Source of the DNA: a virus
Lineage: Duplodnaviria > Caudoviricetes
Length of the DNA stretch: 33,806 nucleotides
Direction: 5' to 3' (one strand)
Virus record (IMG/VR): IMGVR_UViG_3300025653_000130
Coordinates: 1 to 33,806 of that record
Under the pieces are notes generated by a model. That model ran no database searches, was not told the origin of the DNA, and saw only the letters and a list, made by a program, of their open reading frames with translations. The position numbers were made by a program, and so were the translations under genes. This document shows positions 17,263-25,448 of the stretch, piece after piece (position 1 is the first letter of the stretch; every line of letters begins with the position of its first letter).

Positions 17263-18933
17263 TTAGTATCCGAATACTTCGTCTTGAACTTGGTGAACTT
17301 GGTTCTTGATTGCGGTGAGTTGCTGGTGTATCGAAGCGTAGCCACTCATGCGTGTCATCATTCCGTAGCGCAGGGCATCGTATGCGTGATCCTCTGCCTT
17401 CGTATCTACGTCTTCGCTGTTCGTCTTGGAGAGAGGGATGCCTGCAATCTGCTTGACGATGTTCTGGCACGAAGAGAAGAAGCGTAGGCGTGGCTCCTCT
17501 GTGTAGGGATCGTCAGCGAGACGACGGTGTATCTCCATCTTCCCCTGAATACGATTGCGATCTGACGGCGTCCATCGTACGCCCTCTCGCATCATCACTT
17601 CTGCAATTGACGGCCCGAAACCCGTCTTGTTCCAGCAGGACGAGTCGAGGACCGTGTAGTGAGGTAGCGGGTCTAGCTGTTCCGCTTCTAGTATTCTACC
17701 AGCCAGTTCCTCTGCTGTCAAGTGTTTTTGATATAGTTCTCTGTATATCCAGATATTGTTGTCCCAGTCGATTGCACCCCAGAGAACGCATGAGGGTGCT
17801 GCGTATCCATAGTCGGCCATTCTGATGCGCGGCCAGTTCGTTGGAAGTTCGAATGGTTCAACGACGTGCTTGACTCGTGAGAACTCCGGGAAGGCTGCAC
17901 CCTCTGCTACGTCCCAGTCCCCTTCGAGGAGACGCTTGCGTTCGACTTCAGGTAGTGATCTGAGCATCGCCTCGTATTGGCCGTCTGCCATGAGGTGCGG
18001 ATTGTCGGTCAAGCGGGCAGGGACGAACTTGCGGAAGAAGAGAGGCTCACCCTCCTTCTCGTGTCCCTTCGGCCAGAGGAACGGCTTGTGCGTTTCTATA
18101 TCGAAGGCAGGAAAAGGCTTATTCTCAGGTGTTCCTTCGATGTAGGTTTTCTTGACCCACCAACCACCCACTCCTCCGGGGTTGGCTGTGCAGCGCATGT
18201 ACAGGTGTTGCTGGAGTTCAGGATCAGTAGTACGAAGGCGAGAACGCAGGTAGTCCCACACATAAGGCGTGGGGTATTGTGTAATTTCATCTATACCAAT
18301 CCAGTTGAATGCCTGTCCCTGAAAACGAGTTACGTCCTTGTCCTTGTCGAGATAGGTGAACCAGATGGTTGCGCCGGAGGGAAAAACCCACGTAGACTTC
18401 GACTCACGGAACTTCGCACCGGGAAACGCCTTCGTGTATAGCTGGCGCGACTTGTCGATCAGTTCGGTTAGTTCGTCGAGAGTACGCCTAAGTAGAAGCC
18501 CACGATGATTAGCGTTGTGACAGAAGCGCAGAGGATCGGCCAAGAGAGCGAAAGATTTACCGCCCCCGGCTGCACCACCATAGAGAACATCCCTTTCACC
18601 CGCGCTGAGAAACTCTTCTTGTGGTCCCTCATTCGGACGAAATACGATCTCACTGTCTTCAACCAAGTCCGCAACGGCTGCAGGTAGATCATCCAAATCT
18701 CCTTGATCAATGACTGTCGTATCCTTGCCAACAAGGGCCTTCTCCACTTTACCTATCTTGTCTTCGAGTTTGCGGGCGTAGCGTCGTTTGTCTTCTGCTG
18801 CCTTCGTTGTCTTGGCTGCACGACGCTTCGCTCCGTTGAGTTTCTTTTGGGCAGCACGTCGGGCACGTTCCTTTGTAGACAGGTTGTACGTGGCTTTGGG
18901 TGCGTTGGGGTCCTTTTTAGGGCGTCCTGCCAC
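17263..18933 (-). CDS. terL: Terminase large subunit
   Basis: Walker A YGGAAGGGKS, Walker B IGIDE, CTANPGG coupling motif, and nuclease motifs ADYG and DHAYDALRY. GTG start. Confidence 0.95.
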   Translation of the reverse strand: MAGRPKKDPNAPKATYNLSTKERARRAAQKKLNGAKRRAAKTTKAAEDKRRYARKLEDKIGKVEKALVGKDTTVIDQGDLDDLPAAVADLVEDSEIVFRPNEGPQEEFLSAGERDVLYGGAAGGGKSFALLADPLRFCHNANHRGLLLRRTLDELTELIDKSRQLYTKAFPGAKFRESKSTWVFPSGATIWFTYLDKDKDVTRFQGQAFNWIGIDEITQYPTPYVWDYLRSRLRTTDPELQQHLYMRCTANPGGVGGWWVKKTYIEGTPENKPFPAFDIETHKPFLWPKGHEKEGEPLFFRKFVPARLTDNPHLMADGQYEAMLRSLPEVERKRLLEGDWDVAEGAAFPEFSRVKHVVEPFELPTNWPRIRMADYGYAAPSCVLWGAIDWDNNIWIYRELYQKHLTAEELAGRILEAEQLDPLPHYTVLDSSCWNKTGFGPSIAEVMMREGVRWTPSDRNRIQGKMEIHRRLADDPYTEEPRLRFFSSCQNIVKQIAGIPLSKTNSEDVDTKAEDHAYDALRYGMMTRMSGYASIHQQLTAIKNQVHQVQDEVFGY

Positions 18934-19149
18934 CTAGTTCTTCTCCGCGCTTCCCTGTGCGGAGCGGCCCTTACAACTGCCGCCGTGCGCCATCTTTTTT
19001 CGGGACTGATCTACAACCATAGGGATGTAGTCATTCACGTGCAGATTTTTAATTCCTGCTGCCTCGTCCTGCATGAGAAGAATGTCTACTTGTTTTCTCT
19101 GGCTGGAGGTCAGGTCTCTATACTTTGGGTACTTGGACATATCAGCCAT
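18934..19149 (-). CDS. Hypothetical protein
   Basis: 71 aa between TerS and TerL with a GAGGT RBS. Confidence 0.65.
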   Translation of the reverse strand: MADMSKYPKYRDLTSSQRKQVDILLMQDEAAGIKNLHVNDYIPMVVDQSRKKMAHGGSCKGRSAQGSAEKN

Positions 19150-19546
19150 CGATCACGACCTCTTTCTTTGGGGGGAGCAGGACAACGCCGTGTACTGCAG
19201 TTACATTGTGGTTGATTGTCTCCGCCTGCTTCACTCCTACGCGATTGAGGAGGCTCTCAGCAGCCTTGAGACGCAGATCATCACCGCGTTCGGGGGCGGG
19301 GTTGTCAATTGTGTCTACGAGGCGTGTAGCAGCCTTGTAGGCGTTCATAGATAGGACATCCTTCGTGCGATCTACGATCTCATCGGCAAGGGTTTTGCGT
19401 AACCAGACTGCGCTGCCCTTCGAATAGCCCGCATCGACGGCTGCGGCAGTCACGTTGCCACCGTTTTCAAAGAGAATGTCGAGGAACTGCGTCTGTTGGG
19501 GTGTTAGTTCCCGCTTTTTCGGTGTTTGTTGGGGGAGAAGGTTCAT
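19142..19546 (-). CDS. terS: Terminase small subunit
   Basis: HTH-like LTPQQTQFL...NVTAAAVDAGYS and RLKAAESLLNRVG motifs, upstream of TerL. Start reassigned to MNLLPQ. Confidence 0.8.
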   Translation of the reverse strand: MNLLPQQTPKKRELTPQQTQFLDILFENGGNVTAAAVDAGYSKGSAVWLRKTLADEIVDRTKDVLSMNAYKAATRLVDTIDNPAPERGDDLRLKAAESLLNRVGVKQAETINHNVTAVHGVVLLPPKKEVVIDG

Positions 19547-19548
19547 AT

Positions 19549-19749
19549 CTACGTAGATTCCTGCGCGACTATGGTGCATTGGGCACCGACGATGATCATT
19601 CCGGGCGTAATCGTGCGTATTTCGCCTATCATCTCGACGACACGGGTACCACACTCGCCCTTGTCGAGGTAGGGACCCCGTCTGTCAGTGAATTGTGTGC
19701 AGTCGTTGGGACTGTGGAGCCAACATGCAAGGATCATGGCGGTGAACAT
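19549..19749 (-). CDS. Small Cys-containing hypothetical protein, first gene of the late operon
   Basis: MFTAMILACW...C...GPY...C...C pattern; 66 aa. Confidence 0.65.
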   Translation of the reverse strand: MFTAMILACWLHSPNDCTQFTDRRGPYLDKGECGTRVVEMIGEIRTITPGMIIVGAQCTIVAQEST

Positions 19750-19868
19750 CGGTGTTTCCCGTGAAAAGAAGGAGGAGTGAGTCGCATTTATGTCCGATAC
19801 CACTGATTGTATGACGAAGTAATTTTCGTTGTGGGGTGGTTCGACATAAAAATGCGGCTCACGTCAAC

Positions 19869-19897
19869 AGTATAGGTACTTTTTACATGTGTGTCAA
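19869..19897 (-). promoter_or_regulatory. sigma70-type promoter for the packaging/head operon
   Basis: TTGACA (19897-19892), 17 bp, TATACT (19874-19869). Confidence 0.8.
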
Positions 19898-19906
19898 CTT
19901 TTTTTC

Positions 19907-19935
19907 TTGACAAAATTAGAATTCGACTGTACTAT
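19907..19935 (+). promoter_or_regulatory. Divergent sigma70-type promoter firing into a non-coding region
   Basis: TTGACA (19907-19912), 17 bp, TACTAT (19930-19935). Confidence 0.7.
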
Positions 19936-20422
19936 GGGCATAGGCCCGCCGGGGTAAACCCCATAGGTACCCGCCGGGTATCCCGCTGACCTCCCCAACG
20001 TATCCTTTTTACGCATATCGATAACTACACCGATATAAAATCGATGGCGGTATTGCTAGTACATATACCCGTCCCCCCAGTGGCCCATGCCCGCCCGTGC
20101 GCGGCACAAATCTTTTTGTTTGCTTCTCTGCTCTAAGCTGACTGCCGGTTTCCGGATGCCATCTTAGCAAAAATCCCTCTCTGACTTTCCCATCGCCGAT
20201 GCCAAGGCGGCACCTGCAAAACACACTATCCGAACAAGCCAAGACATGCCCCCCCTGACATGTGCAAACGTCACATGACACGCGCGCGCGTTGCCTGATT
20301 TGTCATGCCTGTTATTATAACCGGCTGATGTGGCGACCAGAAAGCGCAGCATTCCCCGAACATGCAACCCGCCAGATAATCCAACCTATACAACCCGCAA
20401 GGCTATTAACTGGCATCAAGGC

Positions 20423-20454
20423 AAAAAAAGACCCCCGCCACTAAGGACGGGGGC
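20423..20454 (-). terminator. Rho-independent terminator ending the early gene block
   Basis: Minus strand GCCCCCG-TCCTTAGTGG-CGGGGGT-CTTTTTTT. Confidence 0.8.
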
Positions 20455-20507
20455 AAGGCTAGGAGGAGATGCCGGAGTATTAGCCCCCTTCCGGCTGGGT
20501 AACTGGC

Positions 20508-20738
20508 TTACTTATGCGGATATTTCGCATGGTCAGAAGCGTAGTTGGTGATCTTCTTCACCGGCTGCTTTACGTCCATAAAGACCTTTACCTTGATCGG
20601 ATTGCCGTACTGATCTGTACCGGAAAGCTTAACAACCTTAAAGGTTTTATGGTGGGTGGTTTCAAAGAACACTTTAGCATTGCCTTTGTTGTGATCCGAA
20701 ATGGTGTCTTTTTCGTGTGCGAAGATTGAGAGTTCCAT
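20508..20738 (-). CDS. Early hypothetical protein
   Basis: Start MELSIF with an AGGA RBS; 76 aa. Confidence 0.7.
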   Translation of the reverse strand: MELSIFAHEKDTISDHNKGNAKVFFETTHHKTFKVVKLSGTDQYGNPIKVKVFMDVKQPVKKITNYASDHAKYPHK

Positions 20739-20807
20739 TGGTTTCCTATCCTTGTTCCTAGACGTTGAGGCGGGCCACAACAGCCCGCCCCAGATTATAA
20801 GCACAAG

Positions 20808-21221
20808 TCATGCAGCCTTTGCAAGCCGATAGATCAAACGATATCCGCCCCGCCTGTTACCGGTGCTTCTCTTCTCAAGCTTATATCCGGCCTGTTCAAG
20901 CTGGCCCAGATAGGTATAAACCGACTGCTTCTTAATATTGCAATGACCGGCAAGCGTAGGCACGGCCATGAATCCGTCGCGCAAATAGGAAAGCATCGTG
21001 CGGTGTGTTGCGTTCAGTTCGACACTTACAACGTCGTCCGGCTGCTGGCCGGATTCGCGCAGCGGATGGCCGTGCATGTCGGTATTGTTGCCGGTGGCCG
21101 GAAACTCTGCCCGAAACTTGGCAAGCAATACCTGCCGCTCGTCCCGTCGTATAGCCTGCTCGAAATTATCGCCAAGCTGCTTAAGTTGCGCCAGAAGTTC
21201 AGGTGTATAGATGGTAGACAT
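20808..21221 (-). CDS. Winged-helix HTH DNA-binding protein
   Basis: C-terminal VPTLAGHCNIKKQSVYTYLGQLEQAGYKL...GGYRL pattern. Confidence 0.65.
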   Translation of the reverse strand: MSTIYTPELLAQLKQLGDNFEQAIRRDERQVLLAKFRAEFPATGNNTDMHGHPLRESGQQPDDVVSVELNATHRTMLSYLRDGFMAVPTLAGHCNIKKQSVYTYLGQLEQAGYKLEKRSTGNRRGGYRLIYRLAKAA

Positions 21222-21254
21222 GTTGTGTGTTCTTTCTGCCCCGCAGGGCGTTGT

Positions 21255-21332
21255 TTAAGTCAAGAATAGGGAAATGATCATTATTAAGGCTATCATTCCG
21301 GCAAGCCTGTAGACTAGTAACAAAGCTTCCAT
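21255..21332 (-). CDS. 25-aa hydrophobic peptide, MEALLLVYRLAGMIALIMIISLFLT
   Basis: ATG 1 nt after the upstream stop; a single TM-like helix. Confidence 0.5.
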   Translation of the reverse strand: MEALLLVYRLAGMIALIMIISLFLT

Positions 21333-21333
21333 C

Positions 21334-22341
21334 CTATGCTGCCAACCCTTCCAGATACCGCCATGATGGCCCGTCCACTATCTGCCGGACTTGCTCGTTG
21401 CGCTGGTACCTTTTGCGCTCGTTGCGGCCATTGTTTGTTGCATCAGGCAGATGGGTTGCCCAGTGCGTCAGGGCGTTATAACCGGCCCAGAGCGTCAGGC
21501 CCAGTTCCGCCTTTTCTTCCTTGAAGCGTTCCAACATCCAATTCAGACGGCCTTCATTGATGGCCAGACGTTCATCGGTTCGCGCTGCTGCCGTGTTTTT
21601 CTTGCAGAGCGTTTCCTTGCAGATGTCCGCAAACTGCTTCTCAGTCAGAGGTGCAGACCGCCACAAGCGCATCTGATCCTTCTGGTTCTGCCACATGGAA
21701 AGCCCCATTGTTGCCTTGCCGATCATGGCTTCAGGCGACACCGAACCTTTGTGAACCTTCCGCTGGTGATAGGCTTTCTCACCGCCAAAAACGAGCGTAT
21801 TGCGGCACAAGTCACGATATGCCCCGCTGAATATCTGCAAGGCCCATGACATATCAACACTGTTGAAGATGTCCATCCGGCAGCGCACTACATCATCACC
21901 GCCGCCCCGTGTGGTCGAACGCGACTGCAAATCATGGAAATAGATGGTGCGATGAACCCGTGCCCCCTCTTCATAGAGACGGTCCACCACTTCGACATTG
22001 TCAAGCGGCAGGTCCGAACCGGCCAGCTGCTCCGCCTGTGCCTTGAATAGCAGGTCATGCGGAACAAGCGCATAGGACTTGCCGACAGGCCGGACATTGA
22101 GAACCCCGCCCGTTGCCGTGTTCTGCAAAGCGTGGAAACCCTCTAGCGGTTGCGGCTCGACAAATTCAACATCCTGATGGGTATATGTTGTTTGCGCTTC
22201 AAGCGGCACCCGCCGAATCTGCCCAAACCGTTCGTATAGGCTTACATCGTCAATTCGCTTGTGCGTGGCCCAGATGTCCCCGCCTTTCGCCTTTGACCGG
22301 CTGGCGGCCTGCTCTTCTGTTGGTATAATATCAAGTGGCAT
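21334..22341 (-). CDS. DUF932/DUF945-like early protein
   Basis: YALVPH...FNSVDMSW...GAYRDLCRN...H...TLWAGYNALTHWATH motifs. Confidence 0.7.
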   Translation of the reverse strand: MPLDIIPTEEQAASRSKAKGGDIWATHKRIDDVSLYERFGQIRRVPLEAQTTYTHQDVEFVEPQPLEGFHALQNTATGGVLNVRPVGKSYALVPHDLLFKAQAEQLAGSDLPLDNVEVVDRLYEEGARVHRTIYFHDLQSRSTTRGGGDDVVRCRMDIFNSVDMSWALQIFSGAYRDLCRNTLVFGGEKAYHQRKVHKGSVSPEAMIGKATMGLSMWQNQKDQMRLWRSAPLTEKQFADICKETLCKKNTAAARTDERLAINEGRLNWMLERFKEEKAELGLTLWAGYNALTHWATHLPDATNNGRNERKRYQRNEQVRQIVDGPSWRYLEGLAA

Positions 22342-22556
22342 ATCGTGCCCCTTTCGTCGTTGTTGTTGCTGGCTTCGTGGCCAGTTCGTGAATCATGGCA
22401 CACAATTTGCACCAGTTGAACCCCCCCGCCGAAAAAAGTTGGGAAGGCTGGCAGGCTGGCCCCATCGACTCGCCGCCTGCCCGATCAATCCGCCAGTCTT
22501 GCCCCGCCCCCGAACGGACGAACAAGAAACCGTTAACTGATCCCCAATGTTTTATA

Positions 22557-22597
22557 GCGTCAGCCGGTTTGTCATTTTGGCGTCAGACGGTTTGTCA
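22557..22597. repeat. Direct repeat GCGTCAG(C/A)CGGTTTGTCA x2, 23-bp period
   Basis: Copies at 22557-22574 and 22580-22597; a third near-copy at 23800-23815. Confidence 0.8.
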
Positions 22598-23212
22598 AGT
22601 TATGCCCCACCGATCCCGCCAGACGCGCCAAGTGACAGCCTGTAATTGGTAGGGCATCAGGCCGACGCGCCGTGCTGCTTCTTCGTATGCGGCCTGCAAG
22701 GCCCGATATTCACGGACGCCGATATTGGTGCGATCATCAGTCAAGCCTACCTTTTCATCATAGGCAATGTTGCGGGCATGGCCGTCAATCGTGACGTTAA
22801 ACTCGCCCATAATATCCATAAAAAACGACGTGATCTTTTGTCCCTTCAGCATGCGCTTTGCCCCGTCATAGTCCGGACGCGCCGCCAAGATATCCCAAGC
22901 CTTCTTTTTCATAGCGTGATAGGTGGATACCTTTACAGCGTCGATCCCGTCACCGCGCAGGAAAGCGGCAATCAAAGCATCGGCATTGACAACATTACGC
23001 GCCCACTTGTTGTTAGGTGATAGGGCAGAGATAACAGCCACCACAATATAAACCGCAATGCCATACTTTGCCGCGATATTGTGTGCTGCTTTCTGTGCGT
23101 CGGAGTACCAGAGCAAGCCTTCCGCAACCTGCACGGAATCGGCAGCCCGATAGCAGGCCATGATATTATGGACCATTCTTTCATGGTCAATCAGCGTCAC
23201 TTGTTTTGTCAT
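22595..23212 (-). CDS. Conserved phage early protein with HhH-glycosylase-like motifs
   Basis: WY...ISALSP...W..N, GQKITSF, VTIDGHA and LQAVTW motifs. Confidence 0.6.
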   Translation of the reverse strand: MTKQVTLIDHERMVHNIMACYRAADSVQVAEGLLWYSDAQKAAHNIAAKYGIAVYIVVAVISALSPNNKWARNVVNADALIAAFLRGDGIDAVKVSTYHAMKKKAWDILAARPDYDGAKRMLKGQKITSFFMDIMGEFNVTIDGHARNIAYDEKVGLTDDRTNIGVREYRALQAAYEEAARRVGLMPYQLQAVTWRVWRDRWGIT

Positions 23213-23442
23213 ATGATCTGCCCCCCATCAAAACGAACCGGCGCGTCGGTCTCAATCCAAACACGGGCACCACAGTTCAAGGGCTTGTCCGGTGAGTAGA
23301 CAACAGTGGACGCGCCGCCGATATCAACCCGGTGCGCGTATACGTTCTTTTTATATGTCTTGACAGTGATTGCCGGGTCGTTGGTGCCGTTCTTGGCGTT
23401 GGCCCGGATAACATGCTGGTTTATGTGAATACGTTTTTTCAT
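23209..23442 (-). CDS. Conserved phage hypothetical protein
   Basis: RIHINQHVIRAN...VVYSPDKPLNCGARVWIET with an AAGGA RBS. Confidence 0.8.
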   Translation of the reverse strand: MKKRIHINQHVIRANAKNGTNDPAITVKTYKKNVYAHRVDIGGASTVVYSPDKPLNCGARVWIETDAPVRFDGGQII

Positions 23443-23481
23443 GTCGTTTGTTCCTTGTCGTGTTTCCTAATCGTTGCGGCA

Positions 23482-23510
23482 AGCCTACGGCCGGTAACCC
23501 CTATGGTCAA
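23482..23510 (-). promoter_or_regulatory. Probable early sigma70 promoter
   Basis: TTGACC, 17 bp, TAGGCT. Confidence 0.55.
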
Positions 23511-23691
23511 GCGGTTTTATTTTCCGGCCCTGTTCCCGCAGCCAGCACGTCGGACAGCGCAGCCGGTTCCCTTCCTTCGTCATGGCTGGCTGGCCGCACA
23601 CGTCGCAGGGATAGTCAGGCGGTAGCGTCGTGTGATTTGTCTTGGCGTCGTTGCGTTTGTCAGTTTGTCTTGTCAAAATTTTGGCAGCCAT
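23485..23691 (-). CDS. Small zinc-ribbon protein
   Basis: CDVC...CPTC; 68 aa. Confidence 0.6.
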   Translation of the reverse strand: MAAKILTRQTDKRNDAKTNHTTLPPDYPCDVCGQPAMTKEGNRLRCPTCWLREQGRKIKPLDHRGYRP

Positions 23692-23870
23692 AGCGTCCCT
23701 GCGTTTGTCATCTGTGTCAGGCGTTTTGCCTCGTTTCTTGTCATAGCGTCAACGGGCTTGCCATCCCAGTCTGCCTCGTCAATTAGCGTCCGCAGATTTG
23801 TCAGCCGGTTTGTCACGCTCTCAAGGCGTGGGTCCTTGTCTAGCGTCGGATACTTTGTCGGCCTATACAT
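23673..23870 (-). CDS. Early hypothetical protein
   Basis: Start MYRPTKY with a GGGGA RBS, overlapping the upstream stop. Confidence 0.65.
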   Translation of the reverse strand: MYRPTKYPTLDKDPRLESVTNRLTNLRTLIDEADWDGKPVDAMTRNEAKRLTQMTNAGTLWLPKF

Positions 23871-24030
23871 CGAACAAGTCCCCCTGATCCGGCTCGTCGA
23901 TGTGTTCCCTGCGCTTGAATTCATCGTAGACATCGACAACAGTCTCGCCGTGCTTTGTCATCCACTCCTCGCGTGTCATGCACGAGGCGTCCTCTTCCAT
24001 TTCAATCAGCCAGTCCTTTACTTTACCCAT
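23863..24030 (-). CDS. 55-aa acidic hypothetical protein (not in the ORF track): MGKVKDWLIEMEEDA...QGDLFDV
   Basis: ATG at 24030 with an AGGT RBS and TAG at 23863; fills the gap with overlaps. Confidence 0.7.
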   Translation of the reverse strand: MGKVKDWLIEMEEDASCMTREEWMTKHGETVVDVYDEFKRREHIDEPDQGDLFDV

Positions 24031-24358
24031 CTCGTGTACCTACCTTTGTTTCGTATCGTTCCATGTCACCAATGGCGTCGTCTATCTTGCCATAGATGCG
24101 GTCAATGTCTGTGTCAAGCACTTCGATATCTTCTATGGCGTGTTTTGCCTGTGTCAACAGGGCACGGATCACCGTCGTCTGTGTTAGTTTGGCGCGTAAC
24201 AATTCACCATCACCATCACAGCCATCACACTCATCAAAAACACCAACAAGATCGCCGCCCCGAATCGGATCGGGGACGGCCTCTGTGTATTCCTTCTTGC
24301 CATAGCCGCCGCACTCCCAGCAGTGGCATCGTTCGACGTGGTTCTCAATCGTCCGCAT
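24023..24358 (-). CDS. DnaJ-type zinc-finger protein
   Basis: CWECGGYG...CDGCDGDG followed by a coiled coil. Start MRTIEN with a GGAG RBS. Confidence 0.7.
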   Translation of the reverse strand: MRTIENHVERCHCWECGGYGKKEYTEAVPDPIRGGDLVGVFDECDGCDGDGELLRAKLTQTTVIRALLTQAKHAIEDIEVLDTDIDRIYGKIDDAIGDMERYETKVGTRDG

Positions 24359-24590
24359 CGTCAGGCTCCGAAACATCTGCCAGAACCCAGTCGGCATAGG
24401 GCATACGATGACCCTCGTCATCCTCTTTGGGTACAAACTTGAAGATGCGGTGCAGGTCACACTGCAATCCTTCCAGCTTGCCTACATCAGACATCCACAA
24501 ATCATTACAATCATATATTGTTTGCAGTGTGTTTCTCAAATCGTTGTATGACTTGAGCAAGTCGAGGCGTTGTTCGTTTGTGATTTCCAT
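24345..24590 (-). CDS. Early hypothetical protein
   Basis: Start MEITNEQ with a GGAAGG RBS. Confidence 0.7.
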   Translation of the reverse strand: MEITNEQRLDLLKSYNDLRNTLQTIYDCNDLWMSDVGKLEGLQCDLHRIFKFVPKEDDEGHRMPYADWVLADVSEPDDADD

Positions 24591-24656
24591 CGTGTGTAAC
24601 CCTTCCGGTTTGTTGCGATACATAACCCATATCGGTTAAAACAATGGGCGTCAAGC

Positions 24657-24693
24657 AAAAAAGAACGGGGCCAGAAAAATCCAGCCCCGCTCT
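24657..24693 (-). terminator. Rho-independent terminator, followed immediately by a TTGACG -35-like element
   Basis: GAGCGGGGC-TGGATTTTTCTG-GCCCCGTTC-TTTTTT. Confidence 0.75.
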
Positions 24694-24719
24694 CCACACA
24701 CAACAACGAAAGTGTATCC

Positions 24720-24977
24720 CTACGAACTACCAACCTCGTAAGGAATACCCAGTTTTACCAAGACGTGACGGTGCTTGTCAAGCCATCGTTTACACTCTTG
24801 TTCACTTTTTCCGACAAAAATTGTAACGAGGCGCAGATAGTCTACAGCCTGCTTCTTCTTGACAAGTTCGCGGCTTGTCTCCCCGATGCGTACGGACGAC
24901 ACTGGAGCGACAACCTCCCACCGCCACCGATTGACAATCTCTATCTCTAGGGGCTTGGTCTTCAGGTTATTCTTCAT
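24720..24977 (-). CDS. Hypothetical protein
   Basis: 85 aa, overlapping the upstream stop. Confidence 0.65.
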   Translation of the reverse strand: MKNNLKTKPLEIEIVNRWRWEVVAPVSSVRIGETSRELVKKKQAVDYLRLVTIFVGKSEQECKRWLDKHRHVLVKLGIPYEVGSS

Positions 24978-25152
24978 CGTTTCCACCCACTCTCATACAC
25001 AGGAGTTCTTGATTCATCGGCACGTTTTCCCAGAATAGTTTCGTCGATGCGACGTAACAGTCTGACATGGTTTCGTATTCAGCTATAGGTTTAGAGTCAA
25101 ACTCTGACCGATTAATTGCTGTCACTAGCAGCAGCACCCACTTCACTGTCAT
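24967..25152 (-). CDS. Small protein with hydrophobic N-terminus and two Cys
   Basis: Start MTVKWVLLLV with a GGAGG RBS. Confidence 0.65.
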   Translation of the reverse strand: MTVKWVLLLVTAINRSEFDSKPIAEYETMSDCYVASTKLFWENVPMNQELLCMRVGGNDEE

Positions 25153-25330
25153 CGTCCAGTGCCTCCAAATATATGTCAATACCCTCACGCATCAAGTCAG
25201 ACACAGCAACTTGTTCCCTGCTTGTCTTCTGTAAGCGTTCAGAGTGTGCAGCCAGTCTCTCGTATTGTTTGACTGACATCAACAGACTATAGGTCTTTGT
25301 CGGTTCGTCTATCTTCGCTGGTCTTCCCAT
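25112..25330 (-). CDS. Ribbon-helix-helix (CopG/Arc-like) DNA-binding protein
   Basis: MGRP, beta-strand TYSLLM, then helices QYERL and VSDLMREGIDIYL. Confidence 0.65.
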   Translation of the reverse strand: MGRPAKIDEPTKTYSLLMSVKQYERLAAHSERLQKTSREQVAVSDLMREGIDIYLEALDDDSEVGAAASDSN

Positions 25331-25448
25331 CACGAATGTCCTTCTTAGCTTGTTTGTCTTTTTCTTTGGTACGCTTGTCAGGTATTACTTGTTTACCATA
25401 CTTACGTAACTCTTTAGCTATAGGGTTGATTCTATTGATCTTTTTCAT
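25287..25448 (-). CDS. 53-aa basic hypothetical protein (not in the ORF track): MKKINRINPIAKELRKYGKQVIPDKR...
   Basis: ATG at 25448 with a GGGA RBS; NPIAKEL...VIPDK motif. Confidence 0.65.
   Translation of the reverse strand: MKKINRINPIAKELRKYGKQVIPDKRTKEKDKQAKKDIRDGKTSEDRRTDKDL

Noticed and set aside
445-19764. Many + strand ORFs in the structural block (for example 1051-1581, 2713-3237, 8488-9123)
   Set aside because: They are antisense shadows of well-supported minus-strand genes, with no RBS or recognisable motifs.
20009-20551. Short ORFs in the intergenic control region
   Set aside because: They lack RBSs, overlap each other on both strands, and cross a terminator. The region looks non-coding.
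22331-22525. 64-aa minus-strand ORF upstream of the DUF932-like gene
   Set aside because: It has a weak start context and no motifs. It is more likely a structured leader or regulatory spacer.
23632-24399. 255-aa + strand ORF with a His run
   Set aside because: It is antisense to four tightly coupled minus-strand genes and has low-complexity, non-protein-like composition.
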